From assembly GCA_965218695.1 (NCBI GenBank), contig OZ244651.1:576001-640000 (forward strand): a stretch of 64,000 nt of DNA. The letters are read 5' to 3'. Below are positions 53,035-63,088 of the stretch, piece by piece. The translations under genes and the position numbers were made by a program. Under the pieces are notes generated by a model, which worked only from the letters and a program-made list of their open reading frames with translations, did not search any database and was not told the origin of the DNA. The stretch's first letter is position 1; every line of letters starts with the position of its first letter. This stretch comes from Nitrosopumilus sp. GTDB taxonomy: Archaea > Thermoproteota > Nitrososphaeria > Nitrososphaerales > Nitrosopumilaceae.

Positions 53035-53301
53035 CACGTCATCTGATGATGCCGTCAATTGACGCGTATACGTGCATCCAATCCAAACCACGGATTGCAT
53101 CACATGCAGCGTCTGCAGTAACGAGTAGCGGGCAAAGAATAGCGGCCGGTGCAATTATGCCTACTCCGTACTTCACCTGATTTCAGGTTTGATGATGCAA
53201 TAGAAGAGGCATGGCCTGATGGCGTTGACCCCAATGCGGTTTTTTATTTTGGGAAGAGTCCAGCACACTAATGATGCCCCACGGCCAGATCCGGCTACCA
53301 A

Positions 53302-53730
53302 TCATGAATCAAGTTTCTGTATGATGTCTGTCGTATGGGTGTCTGTCAGAAACGTGTCAGGGCCGGACGCAAACTCCAGTGCAAAATCGAGTCCGTCTGA
53401 GGGATTCACGTGCTTCCCTATGATGGTGCCACAATACTCCGCCCGGTCGCAACGAATCTCAAGTATAAAGTCGGCCGAACCGCCGGCCTTGATGAAAGAT
53501 TCAGTCGTCATGCCACCACCGGCCGAATCGCTCGTGCCTGCCGAAAAACCCACGGATTTGGTCAGCATCTTGTTGCATGAATACGCGCTGTGGCAATACT
53601 CGGCACGCGCTCCGTCCCTTTCCAGCACCACGAGCCCGTATTCATCCTGGGTTATCGTGATGTTGCCTGCCGTGATCCGGTGTATGAATAGAAAATATGC
53701 GTAATCCATCCATTTTGCCAGTCCGGCCAT
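53302..53730 (-). CDS. Hypothetical protein
   Basis: 142-aa ORF, no clear motif. Confidence 0.45.
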   Translation of the reverse strand: MAGLAKWMDYAYFLFIHRITAGNITITQDEYGLVVLERDGARAEYCHSAYSCNKMLTKSVGFSAGTSDSAGGGMTTESFIKAGGSADFILEIRCDRAEYCGTIIGKHVNPSDGLDFALEFASGPDTFLTDTHTTDIIQKLDS

Positions 53731-53829
53731 AAAAAACCGGAAAAATACGGCCCAAAACTACTCGTGTCGGGCATGTGGCAAGTCCGCTCGCCTCAAAATC
53801 CAAAACAACATGCGCAGCCTTGCAGCACT

Positions 53830-54369
53830 TCATCGTGCCCTGAATTCTACTAAACCGGAGCTTTGGAGCAGGCCCTGTCCCAGTCGACTGACGTCTTCCA
53901 CTGCACCGGCGGCGGCGGACCCTTTTCCATAAAGTCCCACAATGTTCAGGTTTACCAGTCCGGTGATCACGTTAAACTCCCGGTTGAACTGTGCCGCGGT
54001 CCCGTCATACGGGTCGGCAAGACGCGCGTAGCGCTTGAGCCTGCCTATGGTGTGCTCGACTAGCACGCGTTCGGAGTGGATCCTGCGGTTGTGCTCCCTT
54101 TGCTCTGGAGTCAGGGGCGTCTTTTTGGTCTTCTTGTGCGGGATCTCCGGGGTTGTGCCGGGCAGGTGGTCTGCGACTCCCTGGTAGCCGCGGTCGACGA
54201 CGGGGTGGCACCTGTCTGATTCTGGCAGGTCCGGATCGTGCATCGCCTCCTCCCACCTTCCAAACGGCATGGGGCGTTCCTTGAGAAGCGTGATGTCGCC
54301 GACTGACCCGACGGTGCTTTTTGATATGCCAATCACCGCCCCGTTCTGGTTGGTGTACACGTTGGTGTT
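53830..54369 (-). pseudogene. 5'-truncated IS5-family (DDE_Tnp_4) transposase
   Basis: DRGYQG...ERVLVEHTIGRLK...GLVNL motifs. Confidence 0.85.
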
Positions 54370-54526
54370 ATTGAATACATGATAACCCCACCCACCCACT
54401 ACCTGTGGCGGGCTGACCCCTAAATTCACCTGGTCACAAAGACCTATACCAGCAAACAAAATTTCATGTGATTATCAAATATCTTTTTCACGTGCAGGGT
54501 TATACTCATCCCAAATGGAATAGTCA

Positions 54527-55508
54527 ATGAAGACCAAGACGATGCTGAAAAGATACGCCGCTGAGAAGGACTGCAATGTCAAGGACCGCATGATGCTGAT
54601 CATCAGAATCCAACGTGACGGGATAACCATGAGGGATTCTGCAAAGTCCCTGGGAAAGTCAGGCTCGTGGGGCTACAAGTGGTATAAGCGCTACCTGGCA
54701 GACGGATTTGACAGGCTGACTGACATGCCGCGCTCCGGCAGGCCGACCAAGGCGGGCAAGGCAGACATGAAGAAGATCAGAAAGGACGCATGCAGGAAAC
54801 CTGTCTGGATGGGCAAGGAGATGCAGGAACGCATCCAACAGAAGACGGGGATAAAGTACAACATCATGCACGTACGCTACCTGCTGCGCGGGTGGGGCTA
54901 TTCCCAAAAGGTTCCCGTAGGAAAACATGCAAGAAGGGCGCCTGACGAGGAGATCAGGAAATTCCAAAAAGAGATGCCAGAGCTTATAAAAAAAAGAACA
55001 GTGAAGGAACAGTCGTAGCGATACAGGACGAGTCCATAGTAATCTCCGATGCGCGGCCGCGAAGACGCGGCTACACCAGGAAGGGAATACGGGCGTTTTT
55101 CACGTACACCGGCTCACACTCCAAGACGATAATCCATGGACTAATCACCACGGACGGCAGGGGCATGTTCCGGCAGTACGATGCGTTTACCAAGGACACC
55201 TTTGAAGACTTTCTAAAGCAGGCAGTATACAGGTTCAAGAAGATCTGCCTGATCATGGACAAGGCCTCCCAGCACAGGGCATCAAACATACGCAAACTAC
55301 TCGAAGGCACGGACGGCCTGGAGATAGTCTTCCTGCCGACTGCGACCCCGGACCTGAGTGCCATAGAGACGTACCGGGGGATCTCAAGAGGGCAGTCCTT
55401 GACGTGCCGTACACCAGCCTGCGCATGCTTCGCGAGGCGATCACCAGGTACACGAGGTACAAAAAACCAAACCTCGTCGTTGAAAACTTTCTGTACAGGG
55501 CCATCTGA
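54527..55508 (+). mobile_element. IS630-family transposase in split frames (A-tract at about 54988, further frameshift about 55376)
   Basis: HTH with RSGRP, QDES, MDKA, PDLSAIE motifs. Confidence 0.85.
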
Positions 55509-55863
55509 GAGCAGCAGCATCAAACCGCATGGGACACGCAGTCAGCGTATGCCATGCACGATGCTTCAAGTGCCCACGATTCCAGGCGTCCAAGGGACGT
55601 TCACCACTTATTTGGACATTAACATGCGTCATAATTCCCAGATGCAGTTGCCGTATCAGGCATTTATGGAAAATTTTGATATGAATTTTTCATTGTCGGT
55701 ATACATGCATAATTCGCGGTACCAATCCACCAACTAATGACGATCCTGTGCGGTGTGACGAATGTGGATTTCAGTGTACTGGTACTGGCCATGAGAACTG
55801 TCATCCAGGCTGATCACAATTCCATTTTTAATTCCCTTTATACCATTTTGGACCAATGCGTAC

Positions 55864-56094
55864 ATGGTAAATTGTGCTATATGCAATAATGCTGTTCAAG
55901 GACGGGACTGGCTGATGTGCAACGATTGCGCTCTCTCGAACAATGTCTGCGTCCTGTGCAAGAACACTATACAGTGGCGCGACGGGCTAGTATGCGACAA
56001 CTGCGCGCGTTCGAAGAACGTCTGTAGTAATTGCGGGAATCATTGGGACGGGGCAAATATTACTGGTAGCCTGGTGTGCGACGACTGCGACTGA
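55864..56094 (+). CDS. 76-aa protein of three CxxC-x-CxxC repeats
   Basis: Six CxxC pairs (CNDCALSNNVCVLC / CDNCARSKNVCSNC); CTTTTATAC box at 55835-55843. Confidence 0.75.
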   Translation: MVNCAICNNAVQGRDWLMCNDCALSNNVCVLCKNTIQWRDGLVCDNCARSKNVCSNCGNHWDGANITGSLVCDDCD

Positions 56095-56407
56095 GCATTA
56101 CCTGTGCAGTGCTATAATGTGAACGTCGCACCTACTGCAATCCGAGGACAACCTGTCTTCCGGCCTGCCGCAACTGTGGACTGCGTCGAACCATTGATTT
56201 CTGGGACAACAAGACCAAACGGTACGCCCCAGCAGGAATCTTCTCATACGAAGTATCAGCCAATGATCCAGGACAGTGCGGCGAGATGCTGCGGGATCTG
56301 AACCGGCGCCTGAAGAACAAGACACAGAAGTAGTCTCACTCAGTTCAAACACACGGAACAAAAACGGCGAGACTCCTCTTAAAAGGAAAATAATCGGTAA
56401 AGATAAC

Positions 56408-57121
56408 ATGGTAGGTAAACGCATCCTCATAATACCAGACATACACAACGTCTGGCACGTAGCTGAAAAAATAATCAGAAAAGAAAAACCAGACAGGACT
56501 GTATTCCTTGGAGACTATTTTGACGACTTTGGCGATGACTGGCGCGTGGCAAAGAACACCGCAAAATGGCTCGCAGAATCCTTAAGGGATGAAACCAGGA
56601 CGCATCTGATTGGAAACCACGATCTCGGCTACATGGCAAAAAATCCCTATCTGAGATGTTCAGGATACGACGGGGAGAAACACATCGAGATACAAAAAGT
56701 CGGCATTGACTGGAACCTGTTGCAGATGTATTGTTGGGTGGACGGCTGGTTGTGCACGCACGCGGGGCTATCTGACAGTTTTCTGTCGCTGATCAGGAAG
56801 AATCCTGATGATTCCGTGAAAAAGGTATTGGGGTATTCGTGGAACGGTCTTGGCAAAACGTTGACGGACGTCGGATACGACCATCCGTTCTTTCATGTAG
56901 GATACACGCGCAGAGGCGACTTTCCGGTCGGAGGGCCATTGTGGTGCGACTATGATGAATTTGTTGACGTACCTGGAGTGAGACAGATATTCGGACACAC
57001 TAGGAGGCCTTTTGTCAGGCATCATGAAATGGGCAGTGCGGAGCATTATTGCATTGACACGGGACTTGCGCACTATGCCATTGTGGACGGCGGCACCATC
57101 AGCATACTGACTAGGCCTTGA
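56408..57121 (+). CDS. Calcineurin-like metallophosphoesterase
   Basis: PDIH, GDYFD, GNHD, THAG, FGHT motifs. Confidence 0.92.
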   Translation: MVGKRILIIPDIHNVWHVAEKIIRKEKPDRTVFLGDYFDDFGDDWRVAKNTAKWLAESLRDETRTHLIGNHDLGYMAKNPYLRCSGYDGEKHIEIQKVGIDWNLLQMYCWVDGWLCTHAGLSDSFLSLIRKNPDDSVKKVLGYSWNGLGKTLTDVGYDHPFFHVGYTRRGDFPVGGPLWCDYDEFVDVPGVRQIFGHTRRPFVRHHEMGSAEHYCIDTGLAHYAIVDGGTISILTRP

Positions 57122-57195
57122 ATGCCGCCGACATTACCAGAAACGGATTTGAATACGAATGAAAATATTTTATGCTGTGCCTGCTACACGATAGC

Positions 57196-57306
57196 ATGAG
57201 ATGTATATGTAGTGCCAAACAAGGCGGCGGCTTGGAACCCACCCCGGTAATCGTTTCCGGTGAGATGAGTTGTAAAGCATGTGGCGTCGTGTTGACACCA
57301 ACCTAA
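57196..57306 (+). CDS. 36-aa TFB/TFIIB zinc-ribbon-like microprotein (not in ORF track)
   Basis: MRCIC...SGEMSCKACGVVL; TTTTATG box at about 57168-57174. Confidence 0.5.
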   Translation: MRCICSAKQGGGLEPTPVIVSGEMSCKACGVVLTPT

Positions 57307-57393
57307 ACCAAATCATGGTCTTGTCAGGCAGGGCACATTTTTCAAATGCGGTCACGAATTCTGTCCTTATACGGCTCTGTATCATGCAAAACA

Positions 57394-57936
57394 ATGTCCG
57401 AGACGACTGAACAATATATCACGCCGGCCGGCTTGAAGGGCAAGCGCGGCTGGACGGACCAGATGATACGCAAACTGTTAGGTGGGCCAGACAAGGTCGC
57501 GCCCAACCCGCACTACAGGACGGCCGCTCCGATGAGACTGTATCTAGTCGGACGCGTGGAGCAGGCAGAGAAATCAGGGTTGTTTGTAAGGCACGAGCCA
57601 GATCCAAGGAGGCAGAAGGCGGCCGCAAAGGCAGTACAGACCAAGATGCGCAACCTCATGAGGTGGGCCAAATACGTCAGGATCAAGTACGATTTTCCCG
57701 AGTCCGGCAAACTCCGCGGCGACGACAGGCAGAAGGTCAACTACCTGAGGCACGAGTGCACCGCGTACGACGACACGCTGGCCTCCATGTACGGCGTGAC
57801 CGGCCGGCGCGTGGCGTATCCTGTAATCAAGGGCCGCATGCTGGAAAAGATTGCCGGGGAGTTTCCCGAACTGGCAGGCGAGGCGCGCTTGCAGTCTGCA
57901 GGACATCTGGCCGGCTTATATGAAATGCCGGCCTGA
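57394..57936 (+). CDS. Hypothetical phage-like protein upstream of polB
   Basis: RGWT...PD...NPHY..AAPMRLY...VNYLRHE..YD motif; CTTATAC box upstream. Confidence 0.75.
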   Translation: MSETTEQYITPAGLKGKRGWTDQMIRKLLGGPDKVAPNPHYRTAAPMRLYLVGRVEQAEKSGLFVRHEPDPRRQKAAAKAVQTKMRNLMRWAKYVRIKYDFPESGKLRGDDRQKVNYLRHECTAYDDTLASMYGVTGRRVAYPVIKGRMLEKIAGEFPELAGEARLQSAGHLAGLYEMPA

Positions 57937-57965
57937 CATTCCATGACACCCCGGAACGCACGCCC

Positions 57966-60900
57966 ATGACCGGGCCGCTCATGCTGGTCTCGGCGTCGTA
58001 CGACAGCGCCGACAAGCGCGTCGTGCTCAAGTTCTATGATCCCGCATCGCACAAGATTGTTCTCTGGAAGGACAACACCGGGCACAGACCGTATTGCTAT
58101 TCCAAGCTGTCCGCAGACGAACTGCGCGAAATCAGGAGCATGGACCGCGTGACCGGCATAAGCCGCGTGGTGCTGCATGACCTGGCAAAGGACAAACCCG
58201 TGGGCATGTCAAAGATAACGGCCGCGGATCCGTTTGCCATCATCGGGACGTACGACCAGCCCGGCGTGAAAAACAAGATAGAGGCGTGGGAGGCCGACAT
58301 CCGTTACCACGAGTCGTACCTGTACGACAGGAACCTCATCGTCGGCCGGTATTACAGGATAGAGGACGGGTGCGTCGTGCCGCACTCCATGGAGATATCC
58401 GGCGACGTGCAATCTGCGCTGAAGACGCTGCTGTGGGACAAAATGGACGACGGCAGCGTGGTGGATGCAGACGAGTTCAGGGAGTTCGTCACGTCGTGGG
58501 CCGACCTGCTGAACCAGCCCATCCCGGACATCAGGAGGCTGGCAGTCGACATAGAGGTGGAGTCAGAAGGCGGCAGGATTCCGGATCCCATTATAGCAGA
58601 CAAGAAGATCACCGCCGTCGGGCTCAAGGGAACCGGGCTTGACCGCGTGTTCGTTCTCAGGACGGAAGGCGTGCCGGAGGGCGAAGACGGCCTTGCAGGT
58701 AACGTCGGGGTGGCGTTTTACGACAGCGAAAAAGACATGATACGCGACGCGCTCAGGGTAATGGAATCGTTCCCGTTCGTGCTGACGTACAACGGCGACG
58801 AGTTTGACATGCCGTTTTTGTACAACCGGGCCAAGAGGCTCGGCATCGACGACAAGCAAAACCCGCTGTACATGATGAGGAACTCGGCCACGCTGAAAAA
58901 AGGGGTGCACCTGGACCTGTACCGGGTCATGTCCAACCGCTCGTTTCAGGTGTACGCGTTCAGCCAGGCGTACTCGGACTTTTCGCTTAACAGCGTGTCC
59001 AAGGCGCTTTTGGGCAAGGAGAAAATAGATTACGGGCTGAATTTCGACCAGATGTCACTCTGCCAGACCGCGAACTATTGCTACAACGACTCGCTGCTCA
59101 CGTACGAGCTTACCAGTTTCAACGGCGACATACTGATGAACCTGCTGGTAATCATATCCAGGATCGGCCGCATGCCGATTGACGGCATAGCCCGGATGGG
59201 GGTGTCGCAGTGGATCAAGAGCCTGCTGTATTACGAGCACCGGGTGCGCGGCTGCCTCATACCGAACCGGAAGGACCTGGACGCGCGCTCGCAGGGCGTG
59301 ATATCCGATGCCGTGATCAAGGACAAGAAGTACAAGGGCGGCCTGGTCGTGCAGCCCAAGGAAGGGGTGCATTTCGACGTCGTGGTGATGGACTTTGCCA
59401 GCCTGTATCCGAGCATAATCAAGGTAAGGAACCTGTCGTACGAGACCGTCAGGTGCCCGCACCCGGAGTGCCGCGCCAACGCCATACCGCTGACCAACCA
59501 CTGGGCATGCAAGAAGAGGAACGGCCTGACTGCCATGATAATCGGCTCGCTGCGCGACCTGAGGGTGAACTACTACAAGAGCCTGTCAAGGAACGAGTCG
59601 TTCACCGAAAAGCAGCGGGACCAGTATACCGTGGTGACGCAGGCACTCAAGGTCATACTGAATGCCAGTTACGGCGTGATGGGCGCCGACATATTCCCGC
59701 TGTATTTCCTGCCTGCGGCCGAGGCCACTACTGCCATAGGAAGGCATACCATCCAGGGCAGCATCGAGATTTGCAAGGCACAGGGAGTCGACGTGCTGTA
59801 TGGGGATAGTACGCCCGGGGACACGCCGGTAACATGCGAAAGAAACGGCATTAGGCAAATCATACCGATACGATCTCTGGCACCCAGCACGGTAACACAC
59901 GGCAGGCAGTCACACGCAGCGCTAAAGGTGCTGTCTGATACGGGGTTTGTTGATGTGGCGTATTCATACGTGCACACCGTGAAAAAAACAGGATACAGAA
60001 TAGGGACGAGAAAATCATACGTCGAGGTTACCGATGATCACAGCTTGATAATTGACGGGAAAGAGACGAAACCCAGCCAACTACGAATTGGGGACACAAT
60101 TGACATTTTACCGAACAACATTCGGGTGTTTGACAATGACCGCGTGCTATCAGACGACATGGCATGGCTGTTCGGGTTCTACATATCTGATGGCACGCTT
60201 GTTTGCGAGCGGGGGACCAATATATGGAGAATAGTGAAAAACGATAAGACCAAACTGGAGAAGGCGCAAAAAATAATAGCCAAACACCTAGGGTTCAAAA
60301 CCAAGGTATCACTCTGTCCATCGAGGGACAAACTGCATATGATAACATCTATGGACAAGTCCGTATCTACCATCGCCAAATATTTTGCATACCATTGTTA
60401 TTCCGGCAAGACCAAAATAATACCCGGGTGCATTCTGAATGGCACGAACCGAGTCAAGAACGCGTTTTTGCAGGGGGTGATAGACGGCGACGGACACGTG
60501 GACAAGAAAGACAAGTCAATCACGTTTGGACAAATACACAAGTCCGTGCTGGCAGGATACATCTCAATCATCACTGATTTGGGGCATGATTACTCCTTGA
60601 AGTTCAGGCGCGACAAGCCGAATTTCATATCCGTCCGGATAATCAGGAACAAGCATGACGTCAGGATCAGGCGCGCCAACGCCATAACACTTCTGGAAAA
60701 ATTCATCATAGACGAACCGGTGTATGATTTCTCTACTGCCAATGAGCATTTCCGAGGCGGCCTTGGCAACATTCTACTACACAACACCGACAGCGTCTTT
60801 TTACTGTCTCCGGATGACACACAGGTAAAATCCATAATATCGCAGGCCAAGGCAAAGTTCAAGGTTGATTTGGAGGCCGACAAGGAATACCGCTACTGCG

Positions 60901-61454
60901 TGTTCAGCAACCGCAAGAAGAACTATTTCGGCGTGACGAGGTCAGGAAAGCTGGACGTCAAGGGCCTGACTGGCAAAAAGTCTCACACCCCGCCTTTCAT
61001 CAAACAGGCGTTCAAGGAAATACTCGGCATACTGTCCGGGATCCACACGCCCGACGACTTTGAGGAGGCAAAGAAGAAGATATCGACAAGGATCGCCGAC
61101 TACGGCGGCCGCGTGGTGGCGCGGGAGATACCGCTGCAGGACCTGGCGTTTACTGTCCGGCTGAGCAAGCCGCCTGCCGAATACACCAAGACAATCCCCC
61201 AGCACATCAAGGCCGCGAAACAACTTGACAATGCCGACATGGTGAGGAGCGGCGACCGCATATCGTTTGTCAAGGTCATAGGCAAGATCGGCGTGCGGCC
61301 TGTCGAGAAGGCCAGGCGCGACGAGATCGACACCAGGAAATACATGGCGTTCATGGAGTCCACGCTGGAGCAGATCACGTCGTCGATGGGGCTGGATTTT
61401 GACACCATGCTGCAGAAGCCGAAACAATCAGGCATGGACGAATTTTTCTGGTAA
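57966..61454 (+). CDS. polB: Family B DNA polymerase (PolB1-type) with intein and C-terminal PIP box
   Basis: DIEV, YNGDEFD exonuclease motifs; DFASLYPS, KVILNASYG, YGD|TDS, KKNYFG; QSGMDEFF PIP box. Confidence 0.97.
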   Translation: MTGPLMLVSASYDSADKRVVLKFYDPASHKIVLWKDNTGHRPYCYSKLSADELREIRSMDRVTGISRVVLHDLAKDKPVGMSKITAADPFAIIGTYDQPGVKNKIEAWEADIRYHESYLYDRNLIVGRYYRIEDGCVVPHSMEISGDVQSALKTLLWDKMDDGSVVDADEFREFVTSWADLLNQPIPDIRRLAVDIEVESEGGRIPDPIIADKKITAVGLKGTGLDRVFVLRTEGVPEGEDGLAGNVGVAFYDSEKDMIRDALRVMESFPFVLTYNGDEFDMPFLYNRAKRLGIDDKQNPLYMMRNSATLKKGVHLDLYRVMSNRSFQVYAFSQAYSDFSLNSVSKALLGKEKIDYGLNFDQMSLCQTANYCYNDSLLTYELTSFNGDILMNLLVIISRIGRMPIDGIARMGVSQWIKSLLYYEHRVRGCLIPNRKDLDARSQGVISDAVIKDKKYKGGLVVQPKEGVHFDVVVMDFASLYPSIIKVRNLSYETVRCPHPECRANAIPLTNHWACKKRNGLTAMIIGSLRDLRVNYYKSLSRNESFTEKQRDQYTVVTQALKVILNASYGVMGADIFPLYFLPAAEATTAIGRHTIQGSIEICKAQGVDVLYGDSTPGDTPVTCERNGIRQIIPIRSLAPSTVTHGRQSHAALKVLSDTGFVDVAYSYVHTVKKTGYRIGTRKSYVEVTDDHSLIIDGKETKPSQLRIGDTIDILPNNIRVFDNDRVLSDDMAWLFGFYISDGTLVCERGTNIWRIVKNDKTKLEKAQKIIAKHLGFKTKVSLCPSRDKLHMITSMDKSVSTIAKYFAYHCYSGKTKIIPGCILNGTNRVKNAFLQGVIDGDGHVDKKDKSITFGQIHKSVLAGYISIITDLGHDYSLKFRRDKPNFISVRIIRNKHDVRIRRANAITLLEKFIIDEPVYDFSTANEHFRGGLGNILLHNTDSVFLLSPDDTQVKSIISQAKAKFKVDLEADKEYRYCVFSNRKKNYFGVTRSGKLDVKGLTGKKSHTPPFIKQAFKEILGILSGIHTPDDFEEAKKKISTRIADYGGRVVAREIPLQDLAFTVRLSKPPAEYTKTIPQHIKAAKQLDNADMVRSGDRISFVKVIGKIGVRPVEKARRDEIDTRKYMAFMESTLEQITSSMGLDFDTMLQKPKQSGMDEFFW
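59808..60785 (+). mobile_element. Intein with LAGLIDADG endonuclease in PolB motif C (326 aa)
   Basis: YGD|STPGDT...VTDDHSL...LFGFYISDG...FLQGVIDGDG...ILLHN|TDS. Confidence 0.95.
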
Positions 61455-61595
61455 CGTGTGCACAAGGCTCAGCATCTGTTATCAGTCCAAATCTGTTGTT
61501 CTTGTACAGGCATGAAAACCCCCTGGACTGCTGTCAGTCCAAACAGCCGATGCGAAAAATACATGGTGCTTTTATCATCATGGATCCTTCACCCC

Positions 61596-61769
61596 ATGAG
61601 CCTCTGCCAGTACTGCCGTAACGATACAGACAAGACGCATTTCGGCTGCCGCAGGGAGGCCAACCGGCGCGCCTACAATCCGAACGTCTGCTCGTGCTGC
61701 GGCGGCAACCATAACGACGGCAAGGATCATACAAAATGCATGAAGTGGGCGAATTTTCCGGGCTACTGA
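61596..61769 (+). CDS. 57-aa Cys/His zinc-binding microprotein
   Basis: CQYC...HFGC...CSCCG...HTKC...PGY; CTTTTATC box at 61569-61576. Confidence 0.7.
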   Translation: MSLCQYCRNDTDKTHFGCRREANRRAYNPNVCSCCGGNHNDGKDHTKCMKWANFPGY

Positions 61770-61816
61770 TCCTGGTCGCAAGTATGCCCTTTTTATCAAT
61801 CAGATCCAATCATTCC

Positions 61817-61891
61817 AGCGGGGTGGGGAAGTCAGGTCATCCCGGGGGGCCCATAACCCCCAGGTCGGCGGTTCGAATCCGTCTCCCGCTA
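61817..61891 (+). tRNA. Initiator tRNA-Met(CAT)
   Basis: A1-T72 pair, AGCGGGG/TCCCGCT acceptor stem, GGGGG/CCCCC anticodon stem, loop CCCATAA, GGTTCGAATCC T arm; no intron, no encoded CCA. Confidence 0.95.
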
Positions 61892-62332
61892 CTCCCACAT
61901 TATGTCAGGCTCTGGCCATTCTTCAACCACGCTGGGCATCCTTTTCATCTCTTTATCCAGGTAATCAAACCAAGACACCTTCAGCTCCTTGAGATCCGTG
62001 ATATCTATCACGATGAATGGTATCTTGGCAAGTTTGTAATCGGCGTTCCGCTTGGCCGTCCTTTTCGCGCCAGGCTTGGTGTGGTGGATCGAGCCGTCCA
62101 GCTCTATGACGTACTTGAGGCTGCCGTGCATGTCACGCACCATTATGTCCGGATGGTGCTGCACCGTGCCTTTCAGGTCTGGTTTTGACAGATCCTTGTA
62201 CACGCCGGTTACGGAATAGTCCCACCTTGAGATCAGGATGAAATGCTCCTTGAGTATCTGCTCGCCTGGTATGTTGTGGACGCCTTTGATGTAGGATATC
62301 AGTGAATGCAGCTGCGCGTCGTCTGTCTCCAT
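61889..62332 (-). CDS. Vsr/DUF559-like PD-(D/E)XK endonuclease
   Basis: HPDI...VIELDGSIH...RNADY motif; the stop codon overlaps the tRNA 3' end. Confidence 0.75.
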   Translation of the reverse strand: METDDAQLHSLISYIKGVHNIPGEQILKEHFILISRWDYSVTGVYKDLSKPDLKGTVQHHPDIMVRDMHGSLKYVIELDGSIHHTKPGAKRTAKRNADYKLAKIPFIVIDITDLKELKVSWFDYLDKEMKRMPSVVEEWPEPDIMWE

Positions 62333-62368
62333 GACGTGGCTGATTGGTTTGCTATTAAGGAAATGCTG

Positions 62369-62680
62369 TTACCGGCCTAACTTCGCAAGTTCCCGGCCGC
62401 CCAGTATCCTGCACCTGATTCCGCAGTATTTCGCGCCGAACTTGCGGCCGACGATCTCGTCCCCGCACTGCGCACAACGCGTCGGCGCCTCCCCGTGCTT
62501 GTGTTTTCCGCCCTTGTGGCGTGCATAGCACACCGGACCGCAAAACCTGGCGTTGGTCCTCTTGCCATCCAACATGTTCCTGCAGTACTCGCACCTGGGC
62601 TTCAGGCCCTGGCGCAGATCCTCCAAGAATGCTTCGGCGTCGTCTGTGACCATGCCGTTCTTGGCAAACACCTGGCTCAT
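62369..62680 (-). CDS. Double treble-clef zinc-finger protein
   Basis: Two CxxC...(F/Y)CxxxC units; AT-rich promoter at 62700-62750. Confidence 0.7.
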   Translation of the reverse strand: MSQVFAKNGMVTDDAEAFLEDLRQGLKPRCEYCRNMLDGKRTNARFCGPVCYARHKGGKHKHGEAPTRCAQCGDEIVGRKFGAKYCGIRCRILGGRELAKLGR

Positions 62681-63088
62681 GCAGGCACCTTCCACACATA
62701 TCTTTTATGCATACTTATAATAAATATTTATAATATTTAAAGATATTGAATATCTGCGACATGAACAGCGGAATATTGCACTCGGAATGTCATCTATCCA
62801 CCAGCGTGGCCATGTCGGCCGACGTTTTCCTCCTGGCATGGCCGCCTAGTTCATGCCCTTATACGCTCCCGGGTTTTTCACTCCATGTCCAAGTGTTATC
62901 TGTGCAGCAGGACCGATGCCAGCAAAAAATGTGACTCGTGTGGCGCAATCGCATGTCCAGACCATTCCAAAACATGCGGCGGCAAGCCTCGCTGCAGTCA
63001 CTGTATCACGATCCATGGCAGCGGCAAGCTGGCCGGCTAGTCCCACCAACCCTTTTTTCTCTTTTTATGCTGAGCGTTGTTTCGTCAC

